A stretch of DNA of 64,000 nucleotides from Candidatus Eiseniibacteriota bacterium (GCA_038068435.1 JBBTLZ010000019.1:7218-71217); one strand, 5' to 3'. Shown: positions 42,068 through 53,332, numbered from the stretch's first letter. Notes: a model not told the origin generated them from the letters alone. Made by a program: numbers and translations.

Positions 42068-43429
42068 ATGCCAACCGGGAGAGCCACGATTCTGGTGGTG
42101 GACCGCGAGAGCACCGCGACCGCGGCGCTCATCGCCTTCCTGCGCGGGCACGGCATGAAGGTGCTGTGGGCCCGCGACGGCGAGGGCGCGTACCACGTGC
42201 TCGACGCGACGCGCGTCGATGCGCTGGTCGCCCCGTTGCGGGCGCCTCGCATCGACGGCGTGGCCGTGTGCCGCCACGCGCGGGAGCGCCACCCCGAGGC
42301 GTGCGTCGTGCTCTCGGCGGACGCCGCCGGGGCCCGGATGGCCGCGGGCGCGCTCGGGGCGGGGGCCCACGACATCCTGCCGCGGCCGGTCGACCGCGAG
42401 CGGCTGCTGGCGGCGCTGGAGCGCGGGCTCGCGCAGCAGCGCCTGGCCGCGCGCTTGGTCGAGATGGAGGGCCGGCTCGACGAACGGTTCGGCGTCGCGC
42501 CGTTCACCGGCCGCTCGCGCGCGATCGCCCGGGTCATGGAACAGGTCCGCCACCTGGCCTCCACCCACACCGCCGTGCTGATCGAGGGTGAGGCCGGGAC
42601 CGGGAAGAGCCTGGCCGCGCAGGCGATCCACCAGAACAGCCCGCGTCGGAACGAACCGTTCGTCTGGATCGATTGCGGCGCGCTGGACGAGCCGCTGCTC
42701 GAGCGCGAGCTGTTCGGTCGCGAGCCGGGAGCCTCCTCCGAGGGCGACGGAGCGCAGCGCGGACGGCTCGAGCTGGCCGACGGCGGGACCCTGCTCCTGG
42801 AGGAGATCGACGAGCTGCCGCCGGGTGCGCAGGTGCGGCTGCTGCGGGTGCTCCAGGACCGCGCCTTCGAGCGCGTCGGCGGGAAGGCGACGCTCAAGTC
42901 CGACGTGCGGCTGATCACCGCCACCCGCCGCGACCTCGCGGCGCGGGTGCGCGAGGGCCGCTTCCGCGAGGACCTCTTCCACCGGCTGGGCGTCGTGCGG
43001 ATCGTGATGCCGCCGCTGCGCGATCGCCGCGAGGACATCCCGCTGCTGGTCGAGCGATTCCTGATCGAATCGAGCCGCGGTCGCGGCCGCGGGGTCAAAG
43101 GCGTCACGCGCGGCGTGCTCGATCGTCTGATGGGTCATCCATGGCCCGGGAACGTCCACGAGCTGCGGGTCACGATCGAGGGCATGGTGATGGTCGCCCG
43201 GAGCGGTCGCGCGCTCGACCTGGCCGACCTGCCGCAGGCGCTGTGCCCGCCCGAGGGCGAGGCCGGGCGGCTCGAGATCTCCGTCGGCATGACGGTCGAA
43301 GAGGCCGAGCGACAGCTGATCGCCGCCACCCTGGCGCATGCCCGCAACGACAAGCCTCGCGCCGCGGCCCTGCTGGGGATCGGGCTGCGGACGCTCTATC
43401 GAAAGATCAAGGAGTACGGGATCCGCTAG
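42068..43429 (+). CDS. Atypical NtrC-like regulator (pseudo-receiver, AAA+, Fis-type HTH)
   Basis: GEAGTGKS, GRFREDLFHRL, WPGNVHEL, AAALLGIGLRTLYRK; GAFTGA loop reads GASSEG. Confidence 0.85.
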   Translation: MPTGRATILVVDRESTATAALIAFLRGHGMKVLWARDGEGAYHVLDATRVDALVAPLRAPRIDGVAVCRHARERHPEACVVLSADAAGARMAAGALGAGAHDILPRPVDRERLLAALERGLAQQRLAARLVEMEGRLDERFGVAPFTGRSRAIARVMEQVRHLASTHTAVLIEGEAGTGKSLAAQAIHQNSPRRNEPFVWIDCGALDEPLLERELFGREPGASSEGDGAQRGRLELADGGTLLLEEIDELPPGAQVRLLRVLQDRAFERVGGKATLKSDVRLITATRRDLAARVREGRFREDLFHRLGVVRIVMPPLRDRREDIPLLVERFLIESSRGRGRGVKGVTRGVLDRLMGHPWPGNVHELRVTIEGMVMVARSGRALDLADLPQALCPPEGEAGRLEISVGMTVEEAERQLIAATLAHARNDKPRAAALLGIGLRTLYRKIKEYGIR

Positions 43430-43568
43430 TCGCGCATCCTCCGCCGGCCACACGAGCCGCGCCGACGCCTGTCACCCGCGCGGCCCACGATGAGCTAAGC
43501 GGGGCCCCCCCGCCGGCCGATAACTCTCCCCGACCACTCCATTCCAGCCCTCACCATCGGGGAGCGCC

Positions 43569-44474
43569 ATGTCCCGTTCCGAGCCCATCGAGCCGGCCGA
43601 GCCGAGCGCCGGACGCGCCGACGTGCCGCCTCCTCCCAAGCCCGACTGGCTGGTGGGGGCGGACGAAGGCGCCCGTCGCAAGGCGGACGCCCCAGGGTCG
43701 TCCGAAGCGACCGGCGCCGGTCCGCCCCCTCCGGACGCGCGCCGCCCCGCCGCGCCGGCCCAGCAGGATCGCAAGGCGTCGCCGCATCTCAAGCTGGTGC
43801 GCGCGGAGGATGTCCCGCCGCCGTCGCCGCCCGAGGCGCGCGGCGCCGGTCCGGCGACGGCGGGGGGACCGGTCGCGTGGAAGGCGGCCGCCAGCAGCGT
43901 TCCCAGGCTGCGTCAACAGCCGGCGGCCAGCAGCCAGCCCGCAGCGCCCGAGTCGTTCCCGGGGTTCGCGCAGGACGCGATGATCGCGAAGAACGCGGCG
44001 CCGATCGGCGGGCGCGGGCCGCAGCCCGCGGCCGACCGGCTCGGCGCGCGCCCGCCCGATGACGCGATGCCGCTCGCCCAGGACCCTCCATTCTGGGTCG
44101 ACTGGCTCGACCGTCTGCGGTCGCTCCCGTGGCCGGTCGTGCTCGGTGCGGGCGCTTTCCTCGTGCTCGGTGCGGCGGCGGCGTACTTCCTCCTCCCGCG
44201 CGACACCCCCGACGTCTCGCTCGCGCAGATCCGGCAGCACCCGGAGGCGTTCGAAGGCCGGTCGGTGCGGGTCGGCGGCAAGGCGGGCGAAGCCTTCTCG
44301 GTCGGCGGGAGCTACGTCTTCAACCTGTACCAGGGCCGTGACACCATCGTGGTGTACTCGCGGTCGCGCCGCCCGCGGCTGCACGAAAAGGTGAAGGTGG
44401 ACGGCACCGCCAGCATCGGCTACATCGATGGCATGGCGCGAGTGGCGGTGCTCGAGCACCCTTCGGCGCGCTGA
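43569..44474 (+). CDS. Membrane-anchored protein with Pro/Ala-rich N-terminus and small OB-fold-like C-terminus
   Basis: Single TM (WPVVLGAGAFLVLGAAAAYFLL) then GRSVRVGG...KVKVDG. Confidence 0.6.
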   Translation: MSRSEPIEPAEPSAGRADVPPPPKPDWLVGADEGARRKADAPGSSEATGAGPPPPDARRPAAPAQQDRKASPHLKLVRAEDVPPPSPPEARGAGPATAGGPVAWKAAASSVPRLRQQPAASSQPAAPESFPGFAQDAMIAKNAAPIGGRGPQPAADRLGARPPDDAMPLAQDPPFWVDWLDRLRSLPWPVVLGAGAFLVLGAAAAYFLLPRDTPDVSLAQIRQHPEAFEGRSVRVGGKAGEAFSVGGSYVFNLYQGRDTIVVYSRSRRPRLHEKVKVDGTASIGYIDGMARVAVLEHPSAR

Positions 44475-44513
44475 CCCGGCCGGCCGCGCGCCCGCGCTGA
44501 CCCGGCCGGCCGC
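44467..44513. repeat. 21-bp direct repeat including the stop codon of the upstream gene
   Basis: CGCGCTGACCCGGCCGGCCGC at 44467-44487 and 44493-44513. Confidence 0.85.
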
Positions 44514-44850
44514 AAGACGGCAGTGCGTCGTCATCTTCTTCACACCCGGGCCACACACCATGCGGATGCCTGCGCGACGCTCTGGCGGGAACGACCAGTG
44601 ACTGCCAGACGGCTCGTGCCATTTGGGCAATCACGATCGCCGCGCCCACCGATGCGAACCGCCTAAGACAATGTAGAACAACCGTTTGACAGACAGGCCT
44701 TGCGGGGCGGGCGACGATGGAATAGGTTCTCCGCCCGCGCAGCGCATCGAGGCATCACGGAGCCCTCTCGGGCACCGGCGCGAGGGCCGTCGAGAACCCC
44801 ATCTCTATCGAACCGCCCCACGCCGGGGCGCTTCACCTCAGGAGGAGAAC

Positions 44851-46855
<2,005 letters not shown>

Positions 46856-46880
46856 TCCGCTGAGCGCAAGAGGCAGGACG

Positions 46881-46910
46881 CGGGGGCCGGGGCGAAAGCT
46901 CCGGCCCCCG
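46881..46910 (+). terminator. Hairpin after groEL
   Basis: CGGGGGCCGG-GGC-GAAA-GCT-CCGGCCCCCG. Confidence 0.6.
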
Positions 46911-47145
46911 TCTGTATGGGGGCCCCGCCACCCACCCCGCCCGCCGCCCCATCGCCCGTGCCCGAAAGCGCCGCGTCCGTCCCAAGCACGCTCGCGTCCA
47001 TGCAACCCCGGTACTATCGTGCCGCGACCGAACGGCCTCGGGGTCGTCGCAGGCCCCTTTCGATTCACCACCCACCCGCACATCCGGATCGCGCCGGGAG
47101 ACCCGACCCCGGGGACCCCGTGCGCATCGGAGGAGCCCCACCACC

Positions 47146-49902
47146 ATGATCCGCCTTCCGCAGATCCGTCCACTGGTCGTCCTCGCGCTGCTGGCGCTGC
47201 TCTGCACCGCCCCGGCGGCGGGGGCGGCGACCCCCGCGCCCGCGGGCAAGTCCGGCACTCCGGGCAAGGGCGATCCCGAATCGGAGGATAAGGACAAGCC
47301 CTTCCGGGACTGGAAGAAGGTCACGAAAGACGCCGTGGTCTCGCACGGCTACTTCACGGTGCATCGGAAGCGGGACGATCTCTACCTCGAGATCCGCCCG
47401 GACCAGCTCGACCAGCCCGTCCTCGGCATCTTCAGCTTCGCGCGCGGCATCGGTTCGAACTTCGTGCTCGGCGGACTGCCGCTGAACGACCGGCTGCTGG
47501 AGTTTCGGCGCGTCGGCGAGCGGATCCTGGTGATGGAGAGGAACCCCCGCTTCGTCTCGCCTCCCGGCGGCCCCTGGGAGAAGGCGCGCGGGCTCTCGTA
47601 CGGGGAGTCGGTGCTCGCCTCGCTCAAGATTGAGAGCGTCCACGATACGACCAGGGCGGTGCTGGTGGAGTTCGGACAGTTCCTGGTGAGCGACCTGAGC
47701 GATCTCGCCGAGCGCCTGGGCGGGGCGTTGAGCACGCCCACCGGACCGCGCTCGATCCGGTTCGACAAGGACCGCTCCGCGCTCACGAGCGTCAAGGTGT
47801 TCCCGGAGAACATGGAGTTCGAAGCGCTGCTCACCTACAGCCCGAACTCGCGCACCGGGCTCTCGCTGGACGGCGTGCCCGACGAGCGCTTCATCCCGAT
47901 CACCGTCCACTACTCCTTCTCGAAGCTCCCCGACGTCCCGATGCAGCCGCGACTGGCGGACGACCGGGTGGGCTACTTCCTGACCGCGAAGAAGGATTTC
48001 GGGCGCGACCAGGCGGAGAACTTCTGGGTGCGCTTCGTGAACCGCTGGCGGCTCGAGAAGAAGGACTCGAACGCTGCGCTCTCGGAACCGGTCAAGCCGA
48101 TCGTCTTCTACATCGATCACACCGTTCCGAAGGAATACCGCGCCTGGGTGAAGGAAGGAGTCGAGAAGTGGCAGAGGGCGTTCGAAGCGGCCGGGTTCCG
48201 GAACGGCATCGTCGCGAAAGACGCCCCCGAGGACTCGTCCTGGGACGCCGAGGACGTGCGCTACAGCACCCTCCGCTGGATCACCTCGACCCAGCCGAGC
48301 TTCGGCGCCATCGGCCCCTCGCGCGTGGACCCGCGCACCGGCGAGATCCTCGACGCCGACATCCTGTTCGAGGCCTCGATGCTGCAGAGTTTTAGGAACG
48401 CCTACCGGCGCTACAGCGGTCCAGACGCCATCGGCGCCGAGGTGCTGCCGTCCACCCGCATGGAGCAGTGGCCGGCGCACATCCCGCTCGAGCGGCGCTG
48501 CGAGGCGCAGCAGGGGGTGGCCGACGGCGGGGCGCTGCTGCATGTCGCCCTGCTCATGGACGGGGCGCTGGCGCCCGGCAGCCCCGTCCCCGACTCGTAC
48601 ATGCACGACGCCGTGGTGTGGGTGACCATGCACGAGGTGGGGCACACCCTGGGCCTCCGGCACAACTTCCGCGGCAGCACCGCCACGCCCTACGACAAGC
48701 TCAACGACCGGGCGTGGGTCGAGGAGCACGGGATGTACACCTCGGTGATGGAGTACCCGACGCCGAACATCTCGCTCGACCGCAGCACGCAGGGCTACTA
48801 CTACACGCAGGGCGCCGGGACCGGCGACCGCTGGGCGATCCGCTACGGGTACACGCCGTCGGGCAGCAGCGACCTCAAGGCGGACCACGCGGTCGCGCAG
48901 AAGATCGCCGACGAGAACCTGCAAGCGGGGCACGAGTACTCCACCGACGACGACACCTACCCGGCGAACGCCCTCGATCCGCGCACGAACATCTACGATC
49001 TGGGCGATGACCCGATCCGGTTCGCCCGGGACCGCACCGCCTACATCGCGGGCCTCTGGCAGGGCGGGAAGCTCGAGGATCGCATCGTCGGCGATTCGGG
49101 GGACCTCACCGCGCTGCGCCGGGCGATGGACACCCTGCTCGGGCAGTACGGCATCGCGCTGGGGATGGCCGTGAAGTACGTCGGCGGCCAGTACAGCACG
49201 CGCGTCCACCGTGGACAGCCGGGAGCGGTGGAGCCGCTCCGGCCGGTGCCGGCGGCGAAGCAGCGCGAGGCGCTGGACTTCCTCGCCCGGCGGGCGTTCG
49301 CCGCGGATGCGTTCTCGGTCTCGCCGGCGCTGCTCGGCCGGCTCGCGCCCGAGCGCTGGAGCCACTGGGGCCTGCCGGGCGCGTTCGAGGCGCGGCTCGA
49401 CTACGATCTCAACCCCCGGACGCTCGCCATCCAGACCGCCCTGGTCAACGGCCTCACGGCGCCCGCGCTGCTCGCGCGACTGCGGGAGGCGGAGTCGCGG
49501 AGCCCGGATGCGTTCCGGATGTCGGAACATCTCGAGCGCATGACGCGCATGCTGTGGGGCGAGGTCGGAGGATCCGCCGCCAGCGCCGCGGCGTTCCGCG
49601 CCCTCGACGGGACCAGCACGCGCCGTGACGTGCAGCGGCTGTACGTGGACCGGCTTGCGACCCTGGTGGTGGGGCCGGCCCCCGGCGTGCCGGATGATGC
49701 GAGGGCGCTCGCGCGACTGCAGCTGACGCGCATCGACGGGCGCGCCGCGCGCGTACTGGCCGGCGAGGCGCCGATCGGCGACTACACCCGCGCGCACCTC
49801 ATGGAGACGCGCGCCCGCATCCGGCGTGCGCTCGAGGCCGGACGCCAGGCGGACGCGGCGGTCGGCCGCGGTCCCGGCGGGCCGAACGTCGTGCCGGAAT
49901 AG
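47146..49902 (+). CDS. Exported zinc-dependent metalloprotease (metzincin, DUF5117/DUF4953 architecture)
   Basis: Signal peptide; PRLADDRVGYF, RWRLEKKD, SRVDPRTGEILDA, HEVGHTLGLRHNF, SVMEY Met-turn. Confidence 0.9.
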   Translation: MIRLPQIRPLVVLALLALLCTAPAAGAATPAPAGKSGTPGKGDPESEDKDKPFRDWKKVTKDAVVSHGYFTVHRKRDDLYLEIRPDQLDQPVLGIFSFARGIGSNFVLGGLPLNDRLLEFRRVGERILVMERNPRFVSPPGGPWEKARGLSYGESVLASLKIESVHDTTRAVLVEFGQFLVSDLSDLAERLGGALSTPTGPRSIRFDKDRSALTSVKVFPENMEFEALLTYSPNSRTGLSLDGVPDERFIPITVHYSFSKLPDVPMQPRLADDRVGYFLTAKKDFGRDQAENFWVRFVNRWRLEKKDSNAALSEPVKPIVFYIDHTVPKEYRAWVKEGVEKWQRAFEAAGFRNGIVAKDAPEDSSWDAEDVRYSTLRWITSTQPSFGAIGPSRVDPRTGEILDADILFEASMLQSFRNAYRRYSGPDAIGAEVLPSTRMEQWPAHIPLERRCEAQQGVADGGALLHVALLMDGALAPGSPVPDSYMHDAVVWVTMHEVGHTLGLRHNFRGSTATPYDKLNDRAWVEEHGMYTSVMEYPTPNISLDRSTQGYYYTQGAGTGDRWAIRYGYTPSGSSDLKADHAVAQKIADENLQAGHEYSTDDDTYPANALDPRTNIYDLGDDPIRFARDRTAYIAGLWQGGKLEDRIVGDSGDLTALRRAMDTLLGQYGIALGMAVKYVGGQYSTRVHRGQPGAVEPLRPVPAAKQREALDFLARRAFAADAFSVSPALLGRLAPERWSHWGLPGAFEARLDYDLNPRTLAIQTALVNGLTAPALLARLREAESRSPDAFRMSEHLERMTRMLWGEVGGSAASAAAFRALDGTSTRRDVQRLYVDRLATLVVGPAPGVPDDARALARLQLTRIDGRAARVLAGEAPIGDYTRAHLMETRARIRRALEAGRQADAAVGRGPGGPNVVPE

Positions 49903-50070
49903 TCCGCAAGCGCTCCACGACACGCGACGCCCCGGTCGCGGAGCGATGCGCGGGGGTTGCGCCGCGTCGCCCGCTTCGGGCACAATCTCCCGCCGCCGCC
50001 GCAGTGGGGAGGCCCGTCGAGGGGCCGTTGTCCCCCTCAGACGCCAACCCGAAGAACGAGGAGTCCGCCC

Positions 50071-50628
50071 GTGATCGCCGCGACCCAGCTCAAGGTGGGC
50101 ATGGTCATCATGCACAACGGCAAGCCCCACCGTGTCACCAACGTCCTGCACGTCACGCCCGGCAACTGGCGGGGCATGGTGCAGACGCGACTCGTCAACA
50201 TCGAGACCGGCTCGAACGCCGAGCACCGGTTCCGGTCCGAGGACAAGGTCGAGAAGGCGAACATGGAGCAGCACTCGCTCCAATTCAGCTACCGCGCCGG
50301 GGCCGCCTTCCACTTCATGAACACCGAGAGCTTCGAGATGATCGACCTGCCCGCGGACGTGCTGGGGAACGCGGTGAACTACCTGGTCGAAGGCACGATG
50401 ATCACCGCCGACTACTTCGACGGGCGCGTGGTGGGCATCGAAATGCCGATGTTCGTGGAGCTGAACGTCACGGAGACGACGCCCAACATCAAGGGCGCCG
50501 CGGTGCAGAACACCTCGAAGCCCGCGATCCTCGAGACCGGCTACGAGATCAAGGTGCCGCCCTACATCGAGGTCGGCAACCGCGTGAAGATCGACACCCG
50601 CACCGGGGAGTTCGTCGAGCGGGCGTAG
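50071..50628 (+). CDS. efp: Translation elongation factor P
   Basis: IAATQLKVGMVI, HRFRSEDKVE, KPAILETG, KVPPYIEVG, KIDTRTGEFVER. Confidence 0.95.
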   Translation: MIAATQLKVGMVIMHNGKPHRVTNVLHVTPGNWRGMVQTRLVNIETGSNAEHRFRSEDKVEKANMEQHSLQFSYRAGAAFHFMNTESFEMIDLPADVLGNAVNYLVEGTMITADYFDGRVVGIEMPMFVELNVTETTPNIKGAAVQNTSKPAILETGYEIKVPPYIEVGNRVKIDTRTGEFVERA

Positions 50629-50705
50629 GGAGGGATCCGCGCAGGCTCCAGCGGCCACCGGGCTCGCCGGCGCCCGTCTTTTCGGGTGAGGCCACCGCCG
50701 CGAAG

Positions 50706-50924
50706 CTAGGCGGAAACGCCGCCGCTCCCCTCCGGGGCCTGCGGAATCACGAGCCAGCAGACGACGTAGGCGAGCAGGCCGATTCCGGCCGCGAGGGCGA
50801 AGATCACCCAGATGAGGCGCGGGATGACCGGGTCGATGCCCAGGTAGGCGGCGAAGCCGCCGCAGACGCCCGCGATCTTGCGGTCCTTCCGCGAGCGGTA
50901 GAGACGCTTGATCGACTCCGACAT
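50706..50924 (-). CDS. PspC-domain protein
   Basis: KRLYRSRKDRKIAGVCGGFAAYLGIDP...AYVVCWLVIP. Confidence 0.92.
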   Translation of the reverse strand: MSESIKRLYRSRKDRKIAGVCGGFAAYLGIDPVIPRLIWVIFALAAGIGLLAYVVCWLVIPQAPEGSGGVSA

Positions 50925-50947
50925 GGCGGCCTCCGTCTACTCGGGCC

Positions 50948-52132
50948 TCAGGACTTGAGCAGGTCGAAGATCTCCTGGTTCGTCTTCAGCTTGGTCAGCA
51001 GCTCCAGGAGCTTGGTCATCGCCTCGATCGGATGGAGGCCGGCGAGCCCGCGCCGCAGCAGGTGGAGCCGCGGGACGATCTCGGGCGGGTAGAGCTTCTC
51101 CTCCTTGCGGGTGCCGCTCTTCGCCACGTCGATGGCCGGATAGATGCGCTTCTCGGCCAGCTCGCGCGAGAGGAAGATCTCGCTGTTCCCGGTGCCCTTG
51201 AACTCCTCGAAGATCACCTGGTCCATGCGCGAGCCGGTGTCGACCAGCGCCGTGCCGAAGATGGTGAGCGAGCCGCCGTCCTCGATCTTGCGCGCGGCGC
51301 CGAAGATCTGCCGCGGCGCCTGCATGGCCGTCGAATCGAGGCCGCCCGACATGGTGCGGCCGCTGCCCTCGGCGCCGGCGTTGTAGGCGCGCGCGAGGCG
51401 GGTGATCGAGTCGAGCAACAGGACCACGTCCTTCCCCTCGAGCACCTGGCTCGCCACCACCTCCATGGCGTGCTCGGCGGTCTCGATGTGCTCCTCCACG
51501 CTCATGTCGCTGGACGCGGCGATCACCTCGGCGGGGGTGTTGCGGCGGAAGTCGGTGACCTCCTCGGGCCGCTCGTCCACCAGCAGCGCGTAGACGCCCA
51601 CGTCCGGGTGGTTGTGTTTCACGGCTGCGGCGATGATCTGGAGGATGCGGGTCTTGCCGGCCTTGGGCGGCGAGACGATCAGGCAGCGCTGGCCGCGGCC
51701 GATCGGGGCGATGATGTCGATCGCACGGCCGGTGATGCGGTCGCCGTAGGGCGGATCCCCCTTGCCGGGCGGGATCTCGAGGATGAGGCGCTGGGTCGGA
51801 TCGAGCGCCACGCCGATCTGCTGCATGTCGCGTAGCACCTCGAGCCCGCGTCGCCGATCACCGCCACCGTTCCCGCGCGGGCCGCTGCGTCCGCGACGTC
51901 GCTGGCGGGGAGGCCCCTGTGGCATCCGCGTCGAGCCTCCGCCGTCGGCGCCGGCGCTGACGTTGTTCGAGTAGGGGGCGGGCGGCAGGTTGCTCGGCGG
52001 GCGGTTGCCGCCGCGGCGGCGGCGGCGGCGGCCCGGGCGCGGTGGTCCGGGCTGGACGGAGGCGCCAGCGGGCGGGACACCGCCCGGCTGGGGGGGGCGC
52101 GGTCCTCGGGGGCGGCGACGGCGTTGTCTCAT
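50948..52132 (-). CDS. rho: Rho-family ATPase with Arg/Gly/Pro-rich N-terminus in place of the RNA-binding domain
   Basis: APIGRGQR, SPPKAGKT, LLVDERPEEVT, LLDSITRLARAYN, FEEFKGTGNSE, RIYPAID. Confidence 0.9.
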   Translation of the reverse strand: MRQRRRRPRGPRPPQPGGVPPAGASVQPGPPRPGRRRRRRGGNRPPSNLPPAPYSNNVSAGADGGGSTRMPQGPPRQRRRGRSGPRGNGGGDRRRGLEVLRDMQQIGVALDPTQRLILEIPPGKGDPPYGDRITGRAIDIIAPIGRGQRCLIVSPPKAGKTRILQIIAAAVKHNHPDVGVYALLVDERPEEVTDFRRNTPAEVIAASSDMSVEEHIETAEHAMEVVASQVLEGKDVVLLLDSITRLARAYNAGAEGSGRTMSGGLDSTAMQAPRQIFGAARKIEDGGSLTIFGTALVDTGSRMDQVIFEEFKGTGNSEIFLSRELAEKRIYPAIDVAKSGTRKEEKLYPPEIVPRLHLLRRGLAGLHPIEAMTKLLELLTKLKTNQEIFDLLKS

Positions 52133-52458
52133 CAGGCGTCCTTGGCCGGCGTCCACACGGGCAGCCGGTGGTGGTGGGGATGCGCGCCGTCTTCGGCGCG
52201 CGGGTTCGAGGGTGAGCGTCCGAGCGGTGCCGGAGACGCGCGCGTCTCCGCGCCGTGCCCGTTCACCTGCCCTGATAGACCACGCCCAGCCTTCCTGCGA
52301 ACGGCCGGCACCTTGCTGCTGCCGGCGGTCGCGGGATCGGTGGAAGCGCTTCCCACCTCGGTCACTCCGATGAAGCGTGGACCGCCCGCGGCGTTGCCGC
52401 TCCCGGACGCGCTCGCCGGAGTGCGCACGGTGAGGGTGAAGCGGGAGCGGGGAGCCAC
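52132..52458 (-). CDS. Possible 108-aa ORF translationally coupled to rho
   Basis: Stop overlaps the rho ATG (TGATG) and third positions are mostly G/C; no recognisable domain, weak RBS. Confidence 0.3.
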   Translation of the reverse strand: MAPRSRFTLTVRTPASASGSGNAAGGPRFIGVTEVGSASTDPATAGSSKVPAVRRKAGRGLSGQVNGHGAETRASPAPLGRSPSNPRAEDGAHPHHHRLPVWTPAKDA

Positions 52459-52583
52459 CCGCGAGGAGTGCGGCAGCCGGGTGTGCCTCTCGTCGACATC
52501 CGGCGCGTGCGTCCTCCTCGTTGGAGGGGTGCGTCGGGATTATCGGCGAGGGGGCGGCGAAAGTCCAGCCCGCATCCGGGCGG

Positions 52584-53150
52584 TCAGGCGCCCGGCGCCG
52601 CGCCCCCGCCGGCGCGCCACTCGACCTCGGGGACACCCGCGCGCCGGTTGCACCAGCGCGCCATCACGAACAGCAGGTCCGCAAGGCGATTGAGGTAGCG
52701 CACGAGCCGTGGTTCGACCGGCGCGCGATCGTGCAGCGCCACCACGCGCCGCTCGGCGCGGCGGCACACCGTGCGTGCCAGATGGAGTTGTGCCGCGAGT
52801 GCGCTCCCGGCCGGCAGCACGAAGTTCTTGAGCGGGGGCAGCTCGGCGTCCAGGCGGTCGATGACGCGCTCCAGCGCGGCGACATCCACATCGCCGATGC
52901 GATCCATCTTCGCCAGCGGCTCGGGCGTGGTGGCCGCCAGCTCGGCGCCGAGCGAGAACAGGCGCGACTGGATGGTGGCGAGGTCGGAGGTGAGCCAGCC
53001 GGTCGAGTCGAGCGAGCGGACCACGCCGAGAACCGCGTTCAGCTCGTCCACGCTCCCGTAGGCTTCGACGCGCGGATCCGACTTGAGCACGCGGCCGGCC
53101 CCGAGGAGCCCGGTGGTGCCGTCGTCGCCGGTGCGCGTGTAGATCTTCAC
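52584..53150 (-). CDS. PduO-type cob(I)alamin adenosyltransferase
   Basis: KIYTRTGDDG, EAYGSVDELN, ARTVCRRAER, YLNRLADLLF. Confidence 0.93.
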   Translation of the reverse strand: MKIYTRTGDDGTTGLLGAGRVLKSDPRVEAYGSVDELNAVLGVVRSLDSTGWLTSDLATIQSRLFSLGAELAATTPEPLAKMDRIGDVDVAALERVIDRLDAELPPLKNFVLPAGSALAAQLHLARTVCRRAERRVVALHDRAPVEPRLVRYLNRLADLLFVMARWCNRRAGVPEVEWRAGGGAAPGA

Positions 53151-53233
53151 GCGCGGGAGTGTAGGGGGGTGGGCGGAAGGAGCACAAGCCGCCGGGCAAG
53201 GCGAGTCGGGCCCGTACCGCCCCCGCCCCAGCG

Positions 53234-53257
53234 CACTCCCGCGCGCACTCCCGCGCG
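53234..53257. repeat. Tandem 12-bp repeat in the pduO/greA divergent promoter
   Basis: CACTCCCGCGCG twice; an inverted copy lies at 53150-53161. Confidence 0.8.
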
Positions 53258-53332
53258 CCTTGCCTCCCCGCCGAGGCTGCGGCATAGTGGGTCCCCTTTC
53301 GCGCATCCGACCTCACCCGTGACCGAGAACGC

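Noticed and set aside
44650-44850. Heat-shock control elements upstream of groES
   Set aside because: No CIRCE inverted repeat; CCCCATCT at 44797 resembles a sigma32 -10 but has no CTTGAA-like -35.
52133-52636. In-frame extension of rho to 562 aa
   Set aside because: It contains no Rho N-terminal or OB-fold motif, overlaps the pduO 3' end, and another frame has better codon bias.
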